Origin: an uncultured Candidatus Sumerlaeota bacterium
GTDB lineage: Bacteria > Sumerlaeota > Sumerlaeia > SLMS01 > CAYUNT01
DNA: 64,000 nucleotides
Direction: 5' to 3'
Assembly: GCA_964446285.1 (NCBI GenBank)
Contig: CAYUNT010000003.1
Location: 8 to 64,007, forward strand
A model generated the notes under the pieces. The model was not told the DNA's origin and did not search any database. It saw only the letters and a program-made list of their open reading frames with translations. This document shows positions 49,940 through 59,227 of the stretch, one piece after another; position 1 is the first letter of the stretch, and every line of letters starts with the position of its first letter. The translations under genes were made by a program, and so were the position numbers.

Positions 49940-50974
49940 ATGTCCCAGCGTCTGCGCGTTGGAATCCTCGGCGCCAAAGCCTATACGGCGCGCGAACTCG
50001 CCGTCATCCTGACACGCCACCCGCACGCCGAAATCACGGCGTTGCAGGGGCGCGATAAAGAGCCGCTCGCCTTCGAGGCGTTTCACGGTCAATTCCGCGG
50101 ACGCGGACTGCCGCCGATTGTCCCCGCTGACCTCGATGCGCTGGCGGCCAACTGCGATGTGGTTTTTCTCGCGCTGCCGCACATGGCAAGCATCGCCTAT
50201 GTGCCGCGGCTGCTGGAGGCAGGCGTTCGCGTGATCGACCTCTCCGCCGATTTCCGTTTCCGCGATCCGGCAGTGTATGAGGCAACCTATGGCATCCGCC
50301 ACGAAGCGCCCGCGCTTTGCGCTGAGGCGGTCTATGGCCTGCCCGAACTCCACCGCGCGCGCATCGCCGGGGCGAAACTCGTCGGCAATCCGGGCTGCTA
50401 CCCGACGTCTGTGATTCTGGCGCTGGCGCCGCTCGTGAAAAACGGCCTCGTCCAGCCCGGAACGCTCATCGCCGACTGCAAATCCGGCGTTTCGGGCGCA
50501 GGGCGGGGACTCAGCGACACGGTGCATTACTGCGAGGCGAACGAGTCGATGAAAGCCTACAAAGTGGCCTCGCACCGCCATGCGCCGGAAATCGAGGACC
50601 AACTGAGCTGGCTGGCAGGCGAACCGCGGCTGCTGACCTTTGTTCCGCACCTGACGCCGATGGACCGGGGGATATGCACCACTTGCTATGCTTCGCTGCG
50701 GGATGCCGGCGCGGATGAAGCCACGATTCAAAAACTGTATGAGGATTTTTATCGCGGCGAGCCGTTTGTGCGCGTCTTGCCCGCGGGCGAATTCCCCAAT
50801 ACGAAAAACGTATCGTTCACCAATTTCTGCGATGTGGCCGTCCGGGTGGAAAAGCGGCTCGGACGTGTCATCGCAATGTCTGCCATCGACAATCTAATAA
50901 AAGGGGCTAGCGGCCAGGCCGTGCAGTGCCTTAACGTGGCCTGTGGATGGTCCGAGACCGCCGGGCTGCTCTAG
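49940..50974 (+). CDS. argC: N-acetyl-gamma-glutamyl-phosphate reductase
   Basis: VFLALPH, IDLSADFR, YGLPE, GNPGCYPTS, SGVSGAG, H.H.PEI, IDNLIKGASGQAVQ motifs. Confidence 0.97.
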   Translation: MSQRLRVGILGAKAYTARELAVILTRHPHAEITALQGRDKEPLAFEAFHGQFRGRGLPPIVPADLDALAANCDVVFLALPHMASIAYVPRLLEAGVRVIDLSADFRFRDPAVYEATYGIRHEAPALCAEAVYGLPELHRARIAGAKLVGNPGCYPTSVILALAPLVKNGLVQPGTLIADCKSGVSGAGRGLSDTVHYCEANESMKAYKVASHRHAPEIEDQLSWLAGEPRLLTFVPHLTPMDRGICTTCYASLRDAGADEATIQKLYEDFYRGEPFVRVLPAGEFPNTKNVSFTNFCDVAVRVEKRLGRVIAMSAIDNLIKGASGQAVQCLNVACGWSETAGLL

Positions 50975-51051
50975 GCCCCTTGCGGAATGCCGTCACCCGC
51001 GCGGTTTGTTGCAGGAGCATCGAATTTCCTTTTTCATTCGGCGCATTGCTG

Positions 51052-51333
51052 ATGAAATCGCCGCCATTCCGCCGCCGCTCGCGCCTGATCCTTCGCATTT
51101 TGCAAAGGGCGGCGCTTGCCGCGGCGATTTTGCTTTTGGCCGCAGGAGCCTATTACCGGCGAAAATCTTATGAACCCGACGCGGATGAATTCGGCGTCGT
51201 CACCTTTTCGCGAGTCCGCGACATCGAAATCACATCCGACTCCACCTTTGGCGGCGTGGTCCGCAAGGGCGCGCGCCTCTATTCTACCTACGACCGCAAC
51301 GCCGAGCACGGCAAACGCGCCTGCCCCACTTGA
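51052..51333 (+). CDS. Small membrane-anchored protein ending ACPT-TGA (possible CxxU selenoprotein, then Q-TAA at 51339)
   Basis: Basic N-terminus + TM helix; ends TGC CCC ACT TGA CAA TAA; immediately precedes the polyferredoxin gene. Confidence 0.6.
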   Translation: MKSPPFRRRSRLILRILQRAALAAAILLLAAGAYYRRKSYEPDADEFGVVTFSRVRDIEITSDSTFGGVVRKGARLYSTYDRNAEHGKRACPT

Positions 51334-51365
51334 CAATAAAATCCGCGAGAGGTCATGGCGGCCTC

Positions 51366-52205
51366 GTGAACAAACTCTTGATATATAAAAGAAGGATTAT
51401 TCAGTCCCTGTCGCTGGTTCTGCTGCACAGCTCGTGGGGGCCGGAAGCCAAATGGCTGTGCCTGCCCGTCCTGAGCTGCCACTCGTGCCGCCTGTCGTGG
51501 TTTGCGTGCCCGGTGGGCGTATTGGTGCAATATGCGGGAAATCACCTGTTTCCCTTTTTCGCGCTCGGAACACTGCTGCTGGCGGGCGTGCTGTTTGGGC
51601 GGCTGTTTTGCGGATGGGTTTGCCCGTTCGGGTTTTTGCAGGATTTGCTTTTCAAACTGCCGACGCGGAAATTCCTGCTGCCGCGCTGGACGCGATGGCT
51701 GAAATACGGCGTTCTCGGCGCGATGGCGCTGGCGATTCCGTATGTGCTGGGCGGAGAAACGCTATATTCATTCTGCCGAGTCTGCCCGGCATCAGCGCTG
51801 CAGGTTTCGATCCCCAACCTGATCGCGGGAAGTGCGCTTAGCGGACCGACGCTGATGAAGCTGGGATTTCTCGCGGGAATTTTGGTGATGGTTGTTGCCA
51901 CGAGCCGCGCGTTTTGCAAAATTCTGTGTCCGCTGGGCGCCCTTTTCGCTCCGCTCAACCACCTGAGCTTCTGGACGGTCGGAAAGGTCCCCGAGGAAGG
52001 CGATTGCCTGAAATGCGGCAAGTGCGACCGCGTGTGCATGATGGACGGCGCGCCTTCGGAACGCATCGCGTCGGGCGTCGCGCCCAATCGCATGGCGGAA
52101 TGCATCGTCTGCCATGAATGCGGAAAGGCGTGCCCGGTGACAGTGCGCGAACTGCGCAGCGCAGGCGGCTCGTCATCGGCCGATTCCAAACCGCCCGCGG
52201 ATTAA
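51366..52205 (+). CDS. Membrane-bound polyferredoxin (NapH/MauN/YccM-like 4Fe-4S binding protein)
   Basis: CHSC..ACPVG, FCGWVCPFG, FCRVCP, FCKILCPLG, CxxCxxCxxxC x2; TM helices. Start GTG 51366 (track TTG 51330). Confidence 0.88.
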   Translation: MNKLLIYKRRIIQSLSLVLLHSSWGPEAKWLCLPVLSCHSCRLSWFACPVGVLVQYAGNHLFPFFALGTLLLAGVLFGRLFCGWVCPFGFLQDLLFKLPTRKFLLPRWTRWLKYGVLGAMALAIPYVLGGETLYSFCRVCPASALQVSIPNLIAGSALSGPTLMKLGFLAGILVMVVATSRAFCKILCPLGALFAPLNHLSFWTVGKVPEEGDCLKCGKCDRVCMMDGAPSERIASGVAPNRMAECIVCHECGKACPVTVRELRSAGGSSSADSKPPAD

Positions 52206-52210
52206 GCGCC

Positions 52211-52465
52211 ATGAGTTCTGTTCAACCAGCTGCTTATTCCAGCAACGATCTCGCCGAGCGCCTGCGGCGTCATTCCGACCGGATTTGTTCGCTGATTCTT
52301 TACAGCGATTTGCCGTGGATCGACGTCGAACTGGAAATCAACGCGATGCGCAACGTCGTCGAGGACGAAGCGCCCGAGCAGGCGGACCTTTTCGAGCGCC
52401 TGTATGCCGCGCGTTTCCGCCGCATCCGCGATCAATGGCGCGAGGCGGAGGATTATTCCTGGTAA
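52211..52465 (+). CDS. Small helical hypothetical protein (84 aa)
   Basis: ATG 5 nt after the polyferredoxin stop; amphipathic sequence with LFERLYAARFRRIRDQW. Confidence 0.65.
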   Translation: MSSVQPAAYSSNDLAERLRRHSDRICSLILYSDLPWIDVELEINAMRNVVEDEAPEQADLFERLYAARFRRIRDQWREAEDYSW

Positions 52466-52557
52466 TGAGCGGCGGGCCGGATTCCACCGAGGCGCGCGGG
52501 GCAAAGGCGCTTGATTTCCAGGCGGATTGCGGAGATTGTCCCGGTGCGAAGGATACT

Positions 52558-52581
52558 GGTGGCTTGGGCGTCTCGCCCAAG
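52558..52581 (+). repeat. REP-like hairpin GGTGGCTTGGGCGTCTCGCCCAAG
   Basis: Perfect 8-bp stem CTTGGGCG-TCT-CGCCCAAG; related copies at 18306-18329 (minus), 29056-29079 and 34102-34127. Confidence 0.8.
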
Positions 52582-52624
52582 GTTCTTTGCAGGCTATTCA
52601 GATAAGTTTGTAGAAAGGCGCGGC

Positions 52625-53935
52625 GTGAATCAGGACATCACTCCCGGGCAAATTCAGGCGAACGGCATCGTCGGCGCGGGCGGTGCGGGGTTCCCCACGC
52701 ATGTGAAAATGGGAGCGAAGGCGGAGTTTTTCCTCCTCAACGCGGCCGAGTGCGAACCGCTGCTCCATAAGGACAAGGAACTCCTCGCGCATTATCCCGA
52801 GGAAATTGTCGCGGGGATGCTCGCGGCGCGGCGGCTTGTCGGGGCGGCGAAATGCGTAATCGGCATCAAGGAAAAATACCACGCGGTGATCGAGGCGCTC
52901 GAACGCCGTCTGCCGCCGGAAATCACGCTGAAGGGCCTGACGGACACATATCCGTCGGGCGATGAATTTCTGCTCGTCTATGATGTGGCGGGCCGCGTGA
53001 TTCCGCCGGGCGGGCTGCCGATTCATGTGGGATGCGTGGTGAACAACGTCGAGACGATGTTGAACGTCGGGCGCAACCGCCCCGTAACGCGCAAGTATCT
53101 TACGGTAGTGGGCGCGGCGAAAACACCCGTCACGCTGTGTGTTCCGCTGGGGATTTCCGTGAGCGAAGTGATTGCAGCGGCAGGCGGAGCGGCCATTGAC
53201 CGCTACGAAATCCTTCTCAACGGCGCGATGATGGGCCGCTATTGCGCGGACCCGGGCGCGACGCCCGTAACGAAAACCACTGGCGGCATCTATATTTTGC
53301 CGCCCGATCATGTTCTGATCCGGCGCCACACGCGGACGTTCGAGACAGTGAACCGCATCGGGCGCGCGGCGTGCGATCAGTGTTCGTTTTGCACGGAAAT
53401 GTGTCCGCGTTACCTGCTCGGGCATCCAATCGAACCGCACAAAGCCATGCGGGCGCTTGGTTTTACGCGCGACAAGGCGGCGCATATTGTCGGGACGACG
53501 TTCTGCTGCGAGTGCAATATCTGCACGATGATTGCCTGCCCCGAAGACCTCGATCCGCGCAATGTCTGCATCCAGGACAAACGGCTCGTAAAGGAAATGG
53601 GCCTCAAATGGGAGCGCGGCGGACGCGAAATCAAGGCGCACCCGATGTATCCGCACCGCCGCACGCCTGTGAAGCGACTTATGGCGCGGCTCGGGCTGCT
53701 GGGATTCTCGAACACCGGGCCGTTACGCGAAGGCGTTGTGGCGGCCGAACGCGTGCGATTGCCTCTGCGCCAGCATGTGGGCGCGGCGTGCGAACCCACG
53801 GTGCAACCCGGCCAGCGCGTCAAGGAGGGCGACGTGGTGGCAGCGCCTCCGACTGGGCAACTGGGCGTTCCGCTCCATGCCAGCATCAGCGGCACAGTAA
53901 CCGCCATCGCGCCCGAAATCGAAATCCGCGCCTAA
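52625..53935 (+). CDS. PduS-like (RnfC-homologous) FMN/[4Fe-4S] oxidoreductase, cobalamin-reductase family
   Basis: GIVGAGGAGFPTHVK, NAAECEPLL, SLBB domain, two CxxCxxCxxxCP, C-terminal barrel-sandwich domain (QHVGA...GVPLHASISG), which is the PduS domain order. Confidence 0.85.
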   Translation: MNQDITPGQIQANGIVGAGGAGFPTHVKMGAKAEFFLLNAAECEPLLHKDKELLAHYPEEIVAGMLAARRLVGAAKCVIGIKEKYHAVIEALERRLPPEITLKGLTDTYPSGDEFLLVYDVAGRVIPPGGLPIHVGCVVNNVETMLNVGRNRPVTRKYLTVVGAAKTPVTLCVPLGISVSEVIAAAGGAAIDRYEILLNGAMMGRYCADPGATPVTKTTGGIYILPPDHVLIRRHTRTFETVNRIGRAACDQCSFCTEMCPRYLLGHPIEPHKAMRALGFTRDKAAHIVGTTFCCECNICTMIACPEDLDPRNVCIQDKRLVKEMGLKWERGGREIKAHPMYPHRRTPVKRLMARLGLLGFSNTGPLREGVVAAERVRLPLRQHVGAACEPTVQPGQRVKEGDVVAAPPTGQLGVPLHASISGTVTAIAPEIEIRA

Positions 53936-53979
53936 AACTCTCATGCCGAACAGAATACTTTTGGGTGTGTCGTAAAAAT

Positions 53980-54082
53980 GAGACCTATAGGACCAATGGG
54001 ACGAAGGGGACAATTTCCGACAAAGATACACACAGTTTGGTTTTCAATTCGGTATCAACCCACAACCCACAACCCACAACTC
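53980..54082 (-). repeat. Composite short tandem repeat, reverse orientation, between pduS-like and pduT-like genes
   Basis: GACCTATAG/GACCAATGG units, then CCACAAC x3. Confidence 0.8.
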
Positions 54083-54101
54083 TTAAGGAGCCTCCTCCCC
54101 A

Positions 54102-54656
54102 ATGTCCAACGCGATAGGTTTGATTGAAGTCTCGTCGATCGCGATGGGATACGCGCTCGAAGATCGAATGCTGAAAACGGCGAGTGTCGAATTGCTCGTG
54201 GCTCGCACGATCTGTTCGGGGAAATTCCTTGTGGCGATTGGGGGAGATGTCGCCGGCGTGGAGAGCAGCGTGCGCGCGGCGGTGGCCGATGCGGGCGAGG
54301 GGCTGATCAGCCAGGTTGTGATTCCGAACGTGTCGCCCGCGATCTTTCCGGCCATCAGCGGGACGGTCGAGTTGCATCCGGAGGACACCGGCGCGCTGGG
54401 GATTATCGAGACGTTTTCAGCGGTTTCGGCGGTTGAGGCGGCGGACGCGGCGGTGAAGGCGGCGAGCGTGACGCTCTTCCGGCTGCACCTGGCAATGGCG
54501 GTCGGCGGCAAGGGATTCGCGCTCGTAGCGGGCGACGTGGCGGCGTGCCGGGCGGCCGTCGAGGCGGGGGCGCAGGCGGCGAGCCAACTCGGATTGCTCG
54601 TGAACCGCCTCGTCATCACCGGCCCCCGCCGAGAGATTTTCCGAGAATGGATATAG
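54102..54656 (+). CDS. Tandem BMC-domain shell protein, PduT-like
   Basis: AIGLIE.SSIA.G...D.MLK.A.V, TICSGKF (Cys at the PduT Fe-S ligand position), second BMC repeat ALGIIET...AADAAVKAA. RBS AAGGAG. Confidence 0.9.
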   Translation: MSNAIGLIEVSSIAMGYALEDRMLKTASVELLVARTICSGKFLVAIGGDVAGVESSVRAAVADAGEGLISQVVIPNVSPAIFPAISGTVELHPEDTGALGIIETFSAVSAVEAADAAVKAASVTLFRLHLAMAVGGKGFALVAGDVAACRAAVEAGAQAASQLGLLVNRLVITGPRREIFREWI

Positions 54657-54674
54657 GAAGAAAAATGACCTCAG

Positions 54675-54729
54675 ACCACAAAGACACAAAGGCACAAAGC
54701 GCTTCTTTGTGTCTTTGCGCCTTTGTGGT
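54675..54729. repeat. Mirrored 8-mer palindrome (CACAAAG x3 / CTTTGYG x3)
   Basis: ACCACAAAGACACAAAGGCACAAAG...CTTTGTGTCTTTGCGCCTTTGTGGT. Confidence 0.8.
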
Positions 54730-54740
54730 AAAATAATCCC

Positions 54741-57227
54741 ATGCGAATTGGCGTTCTGAGTTTTTTCCCGGCGTTCACGCCGCCCAAATCCGGCGGGGAA
54801 TTGCGCCTGTATCATTTGTATTCGCGCATCGCCCGCCGCCACGACGTCGAGATTCTTTCCACCACCTATTCGCATCACCAGCGCGAGCGAATCGAGCACG
54901 CGCCGCGCCTCGTCGAGCATCGCATCCCGAAAACGTCGCGCTATGACTGGTGGCATCGGTTTCTGGATCGCGCGGGAGGATTTCGCGAGTGTTCGGCGTT
55001 TGTGGTGCAGCGATGCGCGCGGGGTCACGCGGAATTGGCCGCCGAGGCCGCGCGCCTTGTGGCGGAATGCGACGTCATTGCTCACGAATCGCCGTTTTTA
55101 TTTCCATTGGCGCCGCGTCCGCGCCCGGGGCAGTTGCTAGTCTATAACTCCTACAATGTGGAAGGGCGGCTGGCGCGCGAGATGTTCCCGCGCTCGCTGC
55201 TGGGGCGATGGGCGGCGCGGCGCGTGCGCGCGATGGAACGCCGGTGCGCGCGCGCGGCCGATCTGGTGCTCGCGTGCTCGGAAGAGGATGCTGCGCAGTT
55301 TGCGGATGAATATGGCATCGATCCGCTGAAGGTGCGCCTCGCGCCAAACGGCGTCGATACGGAAACGCTCCGCCCCGCCACGCCGTCCGAGCGCGAAGCC
55401 GCGCGCCGCAAGTTGGGTCTTGGGGATTCCGCGCGCCCTGCCGTGCTGTTTTTGGGCAGTTTTCATCCGCCCAATATCGAGGCGATTGAGTTTATTCTAG
55501 CGCAACTTGCTTCCGCGCTGCCGCAGGCGGATTTCCTTGTGGCCGGCCGCGCATGCAAGGCATTCGATGGGCGCTCTGCGGATGCGATTCCGCCCAACGT
55601 CCGCCTTCTTGGCGAGGTATCGGAACAGACGCGGCTCGATTTGCTTCGCGCCTGCGACGCCGCCGTGAATCCGATGTTCACGGGATCGGGAACGAACCTG
55701 AAAATGCTCGATTATCTGGCGTCGGGCCTGCCTGTGGCCGCCACTCCGCGTGGGGCACGGGGGCTGGGCCTTGCGCCGGATCGCCACGCGCTGGTGTGCG
55801 AACCCCAACTGATGGCTGAAGGGCTGGCGCGGCTGCTTGGCGACCGGCCGCGCGCCGCCGCGATGGCCCGCGAGGCGCGCGCCTTCATCGAGCGACGCTA
55901 CACGTGGGATGCCATCGCCGCCGATGTGGAAAACCTGATTGAAATCAAATCGCGGCGGCGTGTCGTCATCCTCAACGATTTTCCCGTGACGCCGGTGATT
56001 GGCGGCGGACAGGCGCGTCTGCTGGCGCTTGGGCGCGAACTGGCGCGCGGCGGACATGGGGTAACGTTCCTGACGCTTTCCGCGGAGGAGAATGCGAAAC
56101 GCGGGGCAAATGGCGAATCTAAAAATGGTTCGAGCGCCGCGGGCGGCGCGCGGATTCTTGGCCCAGGACTTGAGGAATTGAGGGTTCCTCGTTCGCGCGT
56201 GCAGCGCTGGGTTGACTTGTGGCTGGCGCACCGCTTGGGGGGCATAAGCGCGGACGACGCTTCGATGTGCGCGTTCGGCGGCTGGCTGACTCCGCGATTT
56301 GGGCGCGTGATGCGCCGCGAGGCCCGCCTTGCCCGCGCCGCTGTATTTTGCCACTGTTATTTGATCGCCGCGCGGCGGTTTTTGCCGGCGGGCACGCCGG
56401 TTGTGCATGAGGCGTTCAATGTCGAAACAGATCTCAAGCGCCAGCTCTATGGCGAATCAGCGATGGGGCGCTTTCTGGCGGGGCGCGTGCGCGGCGCGGA
56501 AACGGAGGCATTGCGGCGCGCGGCGTTCACGTCGTGCGTATCCGAAGACGATGCGCAGGGATTCCGCCGCGCATTTCCCAATGTCCAGGCCGAAATTATC
56601 GTTTCTCCCAACGGCGTCGATTGCGCGGGGCTGCGCTGCCTTGCGCCCGAAGAACGCTTCGCAATCCGCCGCGCGCTGGGGTTGGGCGGGGAGCCGTTCG
56701 CGATCTTTCTCGCCAGCGGACATCCACCCAATCGCGACGCCGCGCAGTTCATTCTCGAACACGTGGCGCCCGCGCTGCCCGAGGTCACGTTCCTCATCGT
56801 CGGCCAGGTGTGCGGATGGTTTGTTTCGTATCCGTGCCCGAACAACGTCCTCATGCTCGGGATCGTGCCCGATACGGCGAAAGACGTGCTGCTGCAAATC
56901 TCCGACGTGGCGCTCAACCCAATGTTCAGCGGTTCGGGGACGAATCTGAAAATCCCCGATTCACTGGCGGCGGGGCTGCCGGTGATTTCAACGCCTGTCG
57001 GGGCGCGGGGATTCGCGCAGCTGACGGATGGCGCAGTGACCGTCTGCGAAGCGGAGCAATTCGCCGAGGCGCTGCGGAAACTGCTGGCATCGCCCGAGGA
57101 ATTGCGCCAGCGTGGACTTCGCGCGCGCGAGATTGCGCTGCGGCACTTCGACTGGGGCGTGACGTTGCGCGATTTTTCCGCGCGTATGGCCCTCCTGGCC
57201 GACAGGGAAAAGATACAGGGCGAATGA
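54741..57227 (+). CDS. Double GT4 (GT-B) glycosyltransferase fusion
   Basis: Two repeats of GG..R...L / PNGVD / F.(G/A)S.HPPN / NPMF(T/S)GSGTNLK..D.LA.GLPV. Confidence 0.85.
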   Translation: MRIGVLSFFPAFTPPKSGGELRLYHLYSRIARRHDVEILSTTYSHHQRERIEHAPRLVEHRIPKTSRYDWWHRFLDRAGGFRECSAFVVQRCARGHAELAAEAARLVAECDVIAHESPFLFPLAPRPRPGQLLVYNSYNVEGRLAREMFPRSLLGRWAARRVRAMERRCARAADLVLACSEEDAAQFADEYGIDPLKVRLAPNGVDTETLRPATPSEREAARRKLGLGDSARPAVLFLGSFHPPNIEAIEFILAQLASALPQADFLVAGRACKAFDGRSADAIPPNVRLLGEVSEQTRLDLLRACDAAVNPMFTGSGTNLKMLDYLASGLPVAATPRGARGLGLAPDRHALVCEPQLMAEGLARLLGDRPRAAAMAREARAFIERRYTWDAIAADVENLIEIKSRRRVVILNDFPVTPVIGGGQARLLALGRELARGGHGVTFLTLSAEENAKRGANGESKNGSSAAGGARILGPGLEELRVPRSRVQRWVDLWLAHRLGGISADDASMCAFGGWLTPRFGRVMRREARLARAAVFCHCYLIAARRFLPAGTPVVHEAFNVETDLKRQLYGESAMGRFLAGRVRGAETEALRRAAFTSCVSEDDAQGFRRAFPNVQAEIIVSPNGVDCAGLRCLAPEERFAIRRALGLGGEPFAIFLASGHPPNRDAAQFILEHVAPALPEVTFLIVGQVCGWFVSYPCPNNVLMLGIVPDTAKDVLLQISDVALNPMFSGSGTNLKIPDSLAAGLPVISTPVGARGFAQLTDGAVTVCEAEQFAEALRKLLASPEELRQRGLRAREIALRHFDWGVTLRDFSARMALLADREKIQGE

Positions 57228-57260
57228 AAGATAGCGATGATTTCAAAGAAGGAATTATTT

Positions 57261-57386
57261 ACCACGAAAAACACGAAAATGACGAAAAGAAAGAGAGTTT
57301 CCATTCGGTTCCTGTTTCACCCTTCGGGCAAAACAGGAACCGAATGGGAATCCGCTTGTTTCGTTCCTTATCGGATTTTTCGTGGT
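57261..57386. repeat. Nested palindrome: outer ACCACGAAAA/TTTTCGTGGT arms with 9-mer repeats, inner perfect 17-bp stem capped by cUUCGg
   Basis: CCATTCGGTTCCTGTTT (57301-57317) / AAACAGGAACCGAATGG (57331-57347). Confidence 0.8.
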
Positions 57387-57434
57387 TATATCTATCCCTG
57401 ACATGCCAATTCCAGTGAGCGGAGAATGTGAATT

Positions 57435-58424
57435 GTGATTAGCGCGCTTATTACCGGCGGGGCGGGATTCATCGGTTCGCATCTGGCGGAATTCCTCCAC
57501 GGGCGCGGCTGGGAGGTGTCGATCCTCGACGACCTCTCGACCGGCTCGATTCGCAATATCGAGCACCTGAAGGGCCGCGCGCGGTTCCGATACACCATCG
57601 GTTCAATTATGGACTCGGGACTGCTGGCCGAGGAAATCGACCGCGCGGAGGTGGTTTTCCACTTGGCGGCGGCCGTCGGCGTGCGGCTCATCGTCGAAGA
57701 CCCGGTGCGCACGATCGAAACGAACATCCGCGGAACGGAAAACGTGCTCGAGTTCGCGGGCCGCAAGCAAAAGCGCCTCCTCATCACCTCGACGAGCGAA
57801 GTCTATGGCAAAAGCGCGCATGTGCCATTCCGCGAAGAAGACGACCTGGTTTTCGGGGCTACCACACGCCCGCGCTGGGCCTATGCGTGCTCGAAGGCAA
57901 TCGACGAATTTCTTGCTCTGGCCTATCATAAACAGCTGGGTCTGCCAGTGACGATCGCGCGGTTGTTCAATACGGTCGGGCCGCGCCAGACGGGCCGATA
58001 CGGCATGGTGATTCCGCGGTTTGTCGAGCAGGCGCTGGCGGGCAAGCCGATTTCCGTTTATGGCGACGGGTCGCAGACGCGGGCGTTTTGCCACGTGGCG
58101 GATGTGGTTGGCGCGCTGACCGCGCTCGTCGAAGAACCCCGCTCGATCGGCGCTATTTTCAACGTCGGATCCGGGCACGAGATTAGTGTTCTTGAACTGG
58201 CGCGCACCATCATCCGCATTACCGGCTCGAAGTCGGAAATCCGCCTGATCCCCTTCGAGGAAGCCTACGGGCCGGATTTCGAAGACATGCAGCGGCGCGT
58301 GCCGGACACCTCGCGCATCCGCGACCTGATCGGGTTCACGCCGAAGAAAACGCTCGAAGACATCATTCGCGATGTGGCGGAGCAGCAACAGCGAGGCGCC
58401 AGGGAAAGTGGCGGCAATAATTAG
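57435..58424 (+). CDS. NAD-dependent epimerase/dehydratase (extended SDR)
   Basis: TGGAGFIGSHL, FHLAAAVG, STSEVYG, YACSK (YxxxK), RLFNTVGPRQ motifs. Confidence 0.93.
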   Translation: MISALITGGAGFIGSHLAEFLHGRGWEVSILDDLSTGSIRNIEHLKGRARFRYTIGSIMDSGLLAEEIDRAEVVFHLAAAVGVRLIVEDPVRTIETNIRGTENVLEFAGRKQKRLLITSTSEVYGKSAHVPFREEDDLVFGATTRPRWAYACSKAIDEFLALAYHKQLGLPVTIARLFNTVGPRQTGRYGMVIPRFVEQALAGKPISVYGDGSQTRAFCHVADVVGALTALVEEPRSIGAIFNVGSGHEISVLELARTIIRITGSKSEIRLIPFEEAYGPDFEDMQRRVPDTSRIRDLIGFTPKKTLEDIIRDVAEQQQRGARESGGNN

Positions 58425-58447
58425 GCGCGGCAAAGGAAACTGAGGAA

Positions 58448-59077
58448 ATGCCCAAACCGGACGCGAAAAAAATCGCCGAATTGCAGATGGCTTATGTGGA
58501 ACGCTGGCATGTGCGCCCCGATTCCGGGCGGCCCGATGCCAATCTCCCAAATGAGGAAGAGGGATTTGCGGGCATCGTGCTCGATCAGAGCCGGTTCAAT
58601 TACCTTCTTTGGCATGAGGAAGATGAGGCGCGGCGCACGGATGTGGACGACGCGGTGATTGCGCGGGTGAAGCGCGCCATCGACCGCTATAACCAGCAGC
58701 GCAATGACGCGATCGAACGCATCGACGAGGCGCTTTTGGAAATGCTTTCCGCGGAAGGTGCTGCTCCCGCCGCCTCGAATGCTTTGCTCAATACGGAAAC
58801 CCCGGGAAGCGCGTTCGACCGCCTTTCAATTGCCGCGCTGAAGATTTATCATGTGCGCGAACAGGTCATGCGCAGCGACGCGGACGAGGCCCACCGCCAG
58901 CGCGCGCGCGAACGACTGGCCCGTCTCGAAGAGCAGCGCGCCGACCTTATCGCCGCGCTCGATCAGTTGCTTGCAGACATCTTTGCCGGGCGAAAGCGCC
59001 TGAAGGTCTATCGGCAATTCAAGATGTATAACGATCCCAAATGGAATCCGGCTTTGTATAAATCCCAAAGCCGATAG
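58448..59077 (+). CDS. DUF4254 domain protein
   Basis: FNYLLWHEED.AR, KR.ID..NQQRND.IERID, ETPGS..DRLSI.ALKIYH motifs. Confidence 0.8.
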   Translation: MPKPDAKKIAELQMAYVERWHVRPDSGRPDANLPNEEEGFAGIVLDQSRFNYLLWHEEDEARRTDVDDAVIARVKRAIDRYNQQRNDAIERIDEALLEMLSAEGAAPAASNALLNTETPGSAFDRLSIAALKIYHVREQVMRSDADEAHRQRARERLARLEEQRADLIAALDQLLADIFAGRKRLKVYRQFKMYNDPKWNPALYKSQSR

Positions 59078-59200
59078 TGGCTGCAGGGAGCCGCCAGCAG
59101 GCGCGGGGGACGAGGTTCATTTATGTCGCGATCCAATGCAGCCTTAAGGAGCCGCCCGCAGGCGTGGGGGACGAGGGCAAGCGCGGAGAAAGAGAAAAGG

Positions 59201-59227
59201 CGCGAGTGCGGAGCCTCGCGATCCCAG
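59201..59227 (+). repeat. REP-like 27-mer, isolated copy
   Basis: Identical to 27271-27297. Confidence 0.9.
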
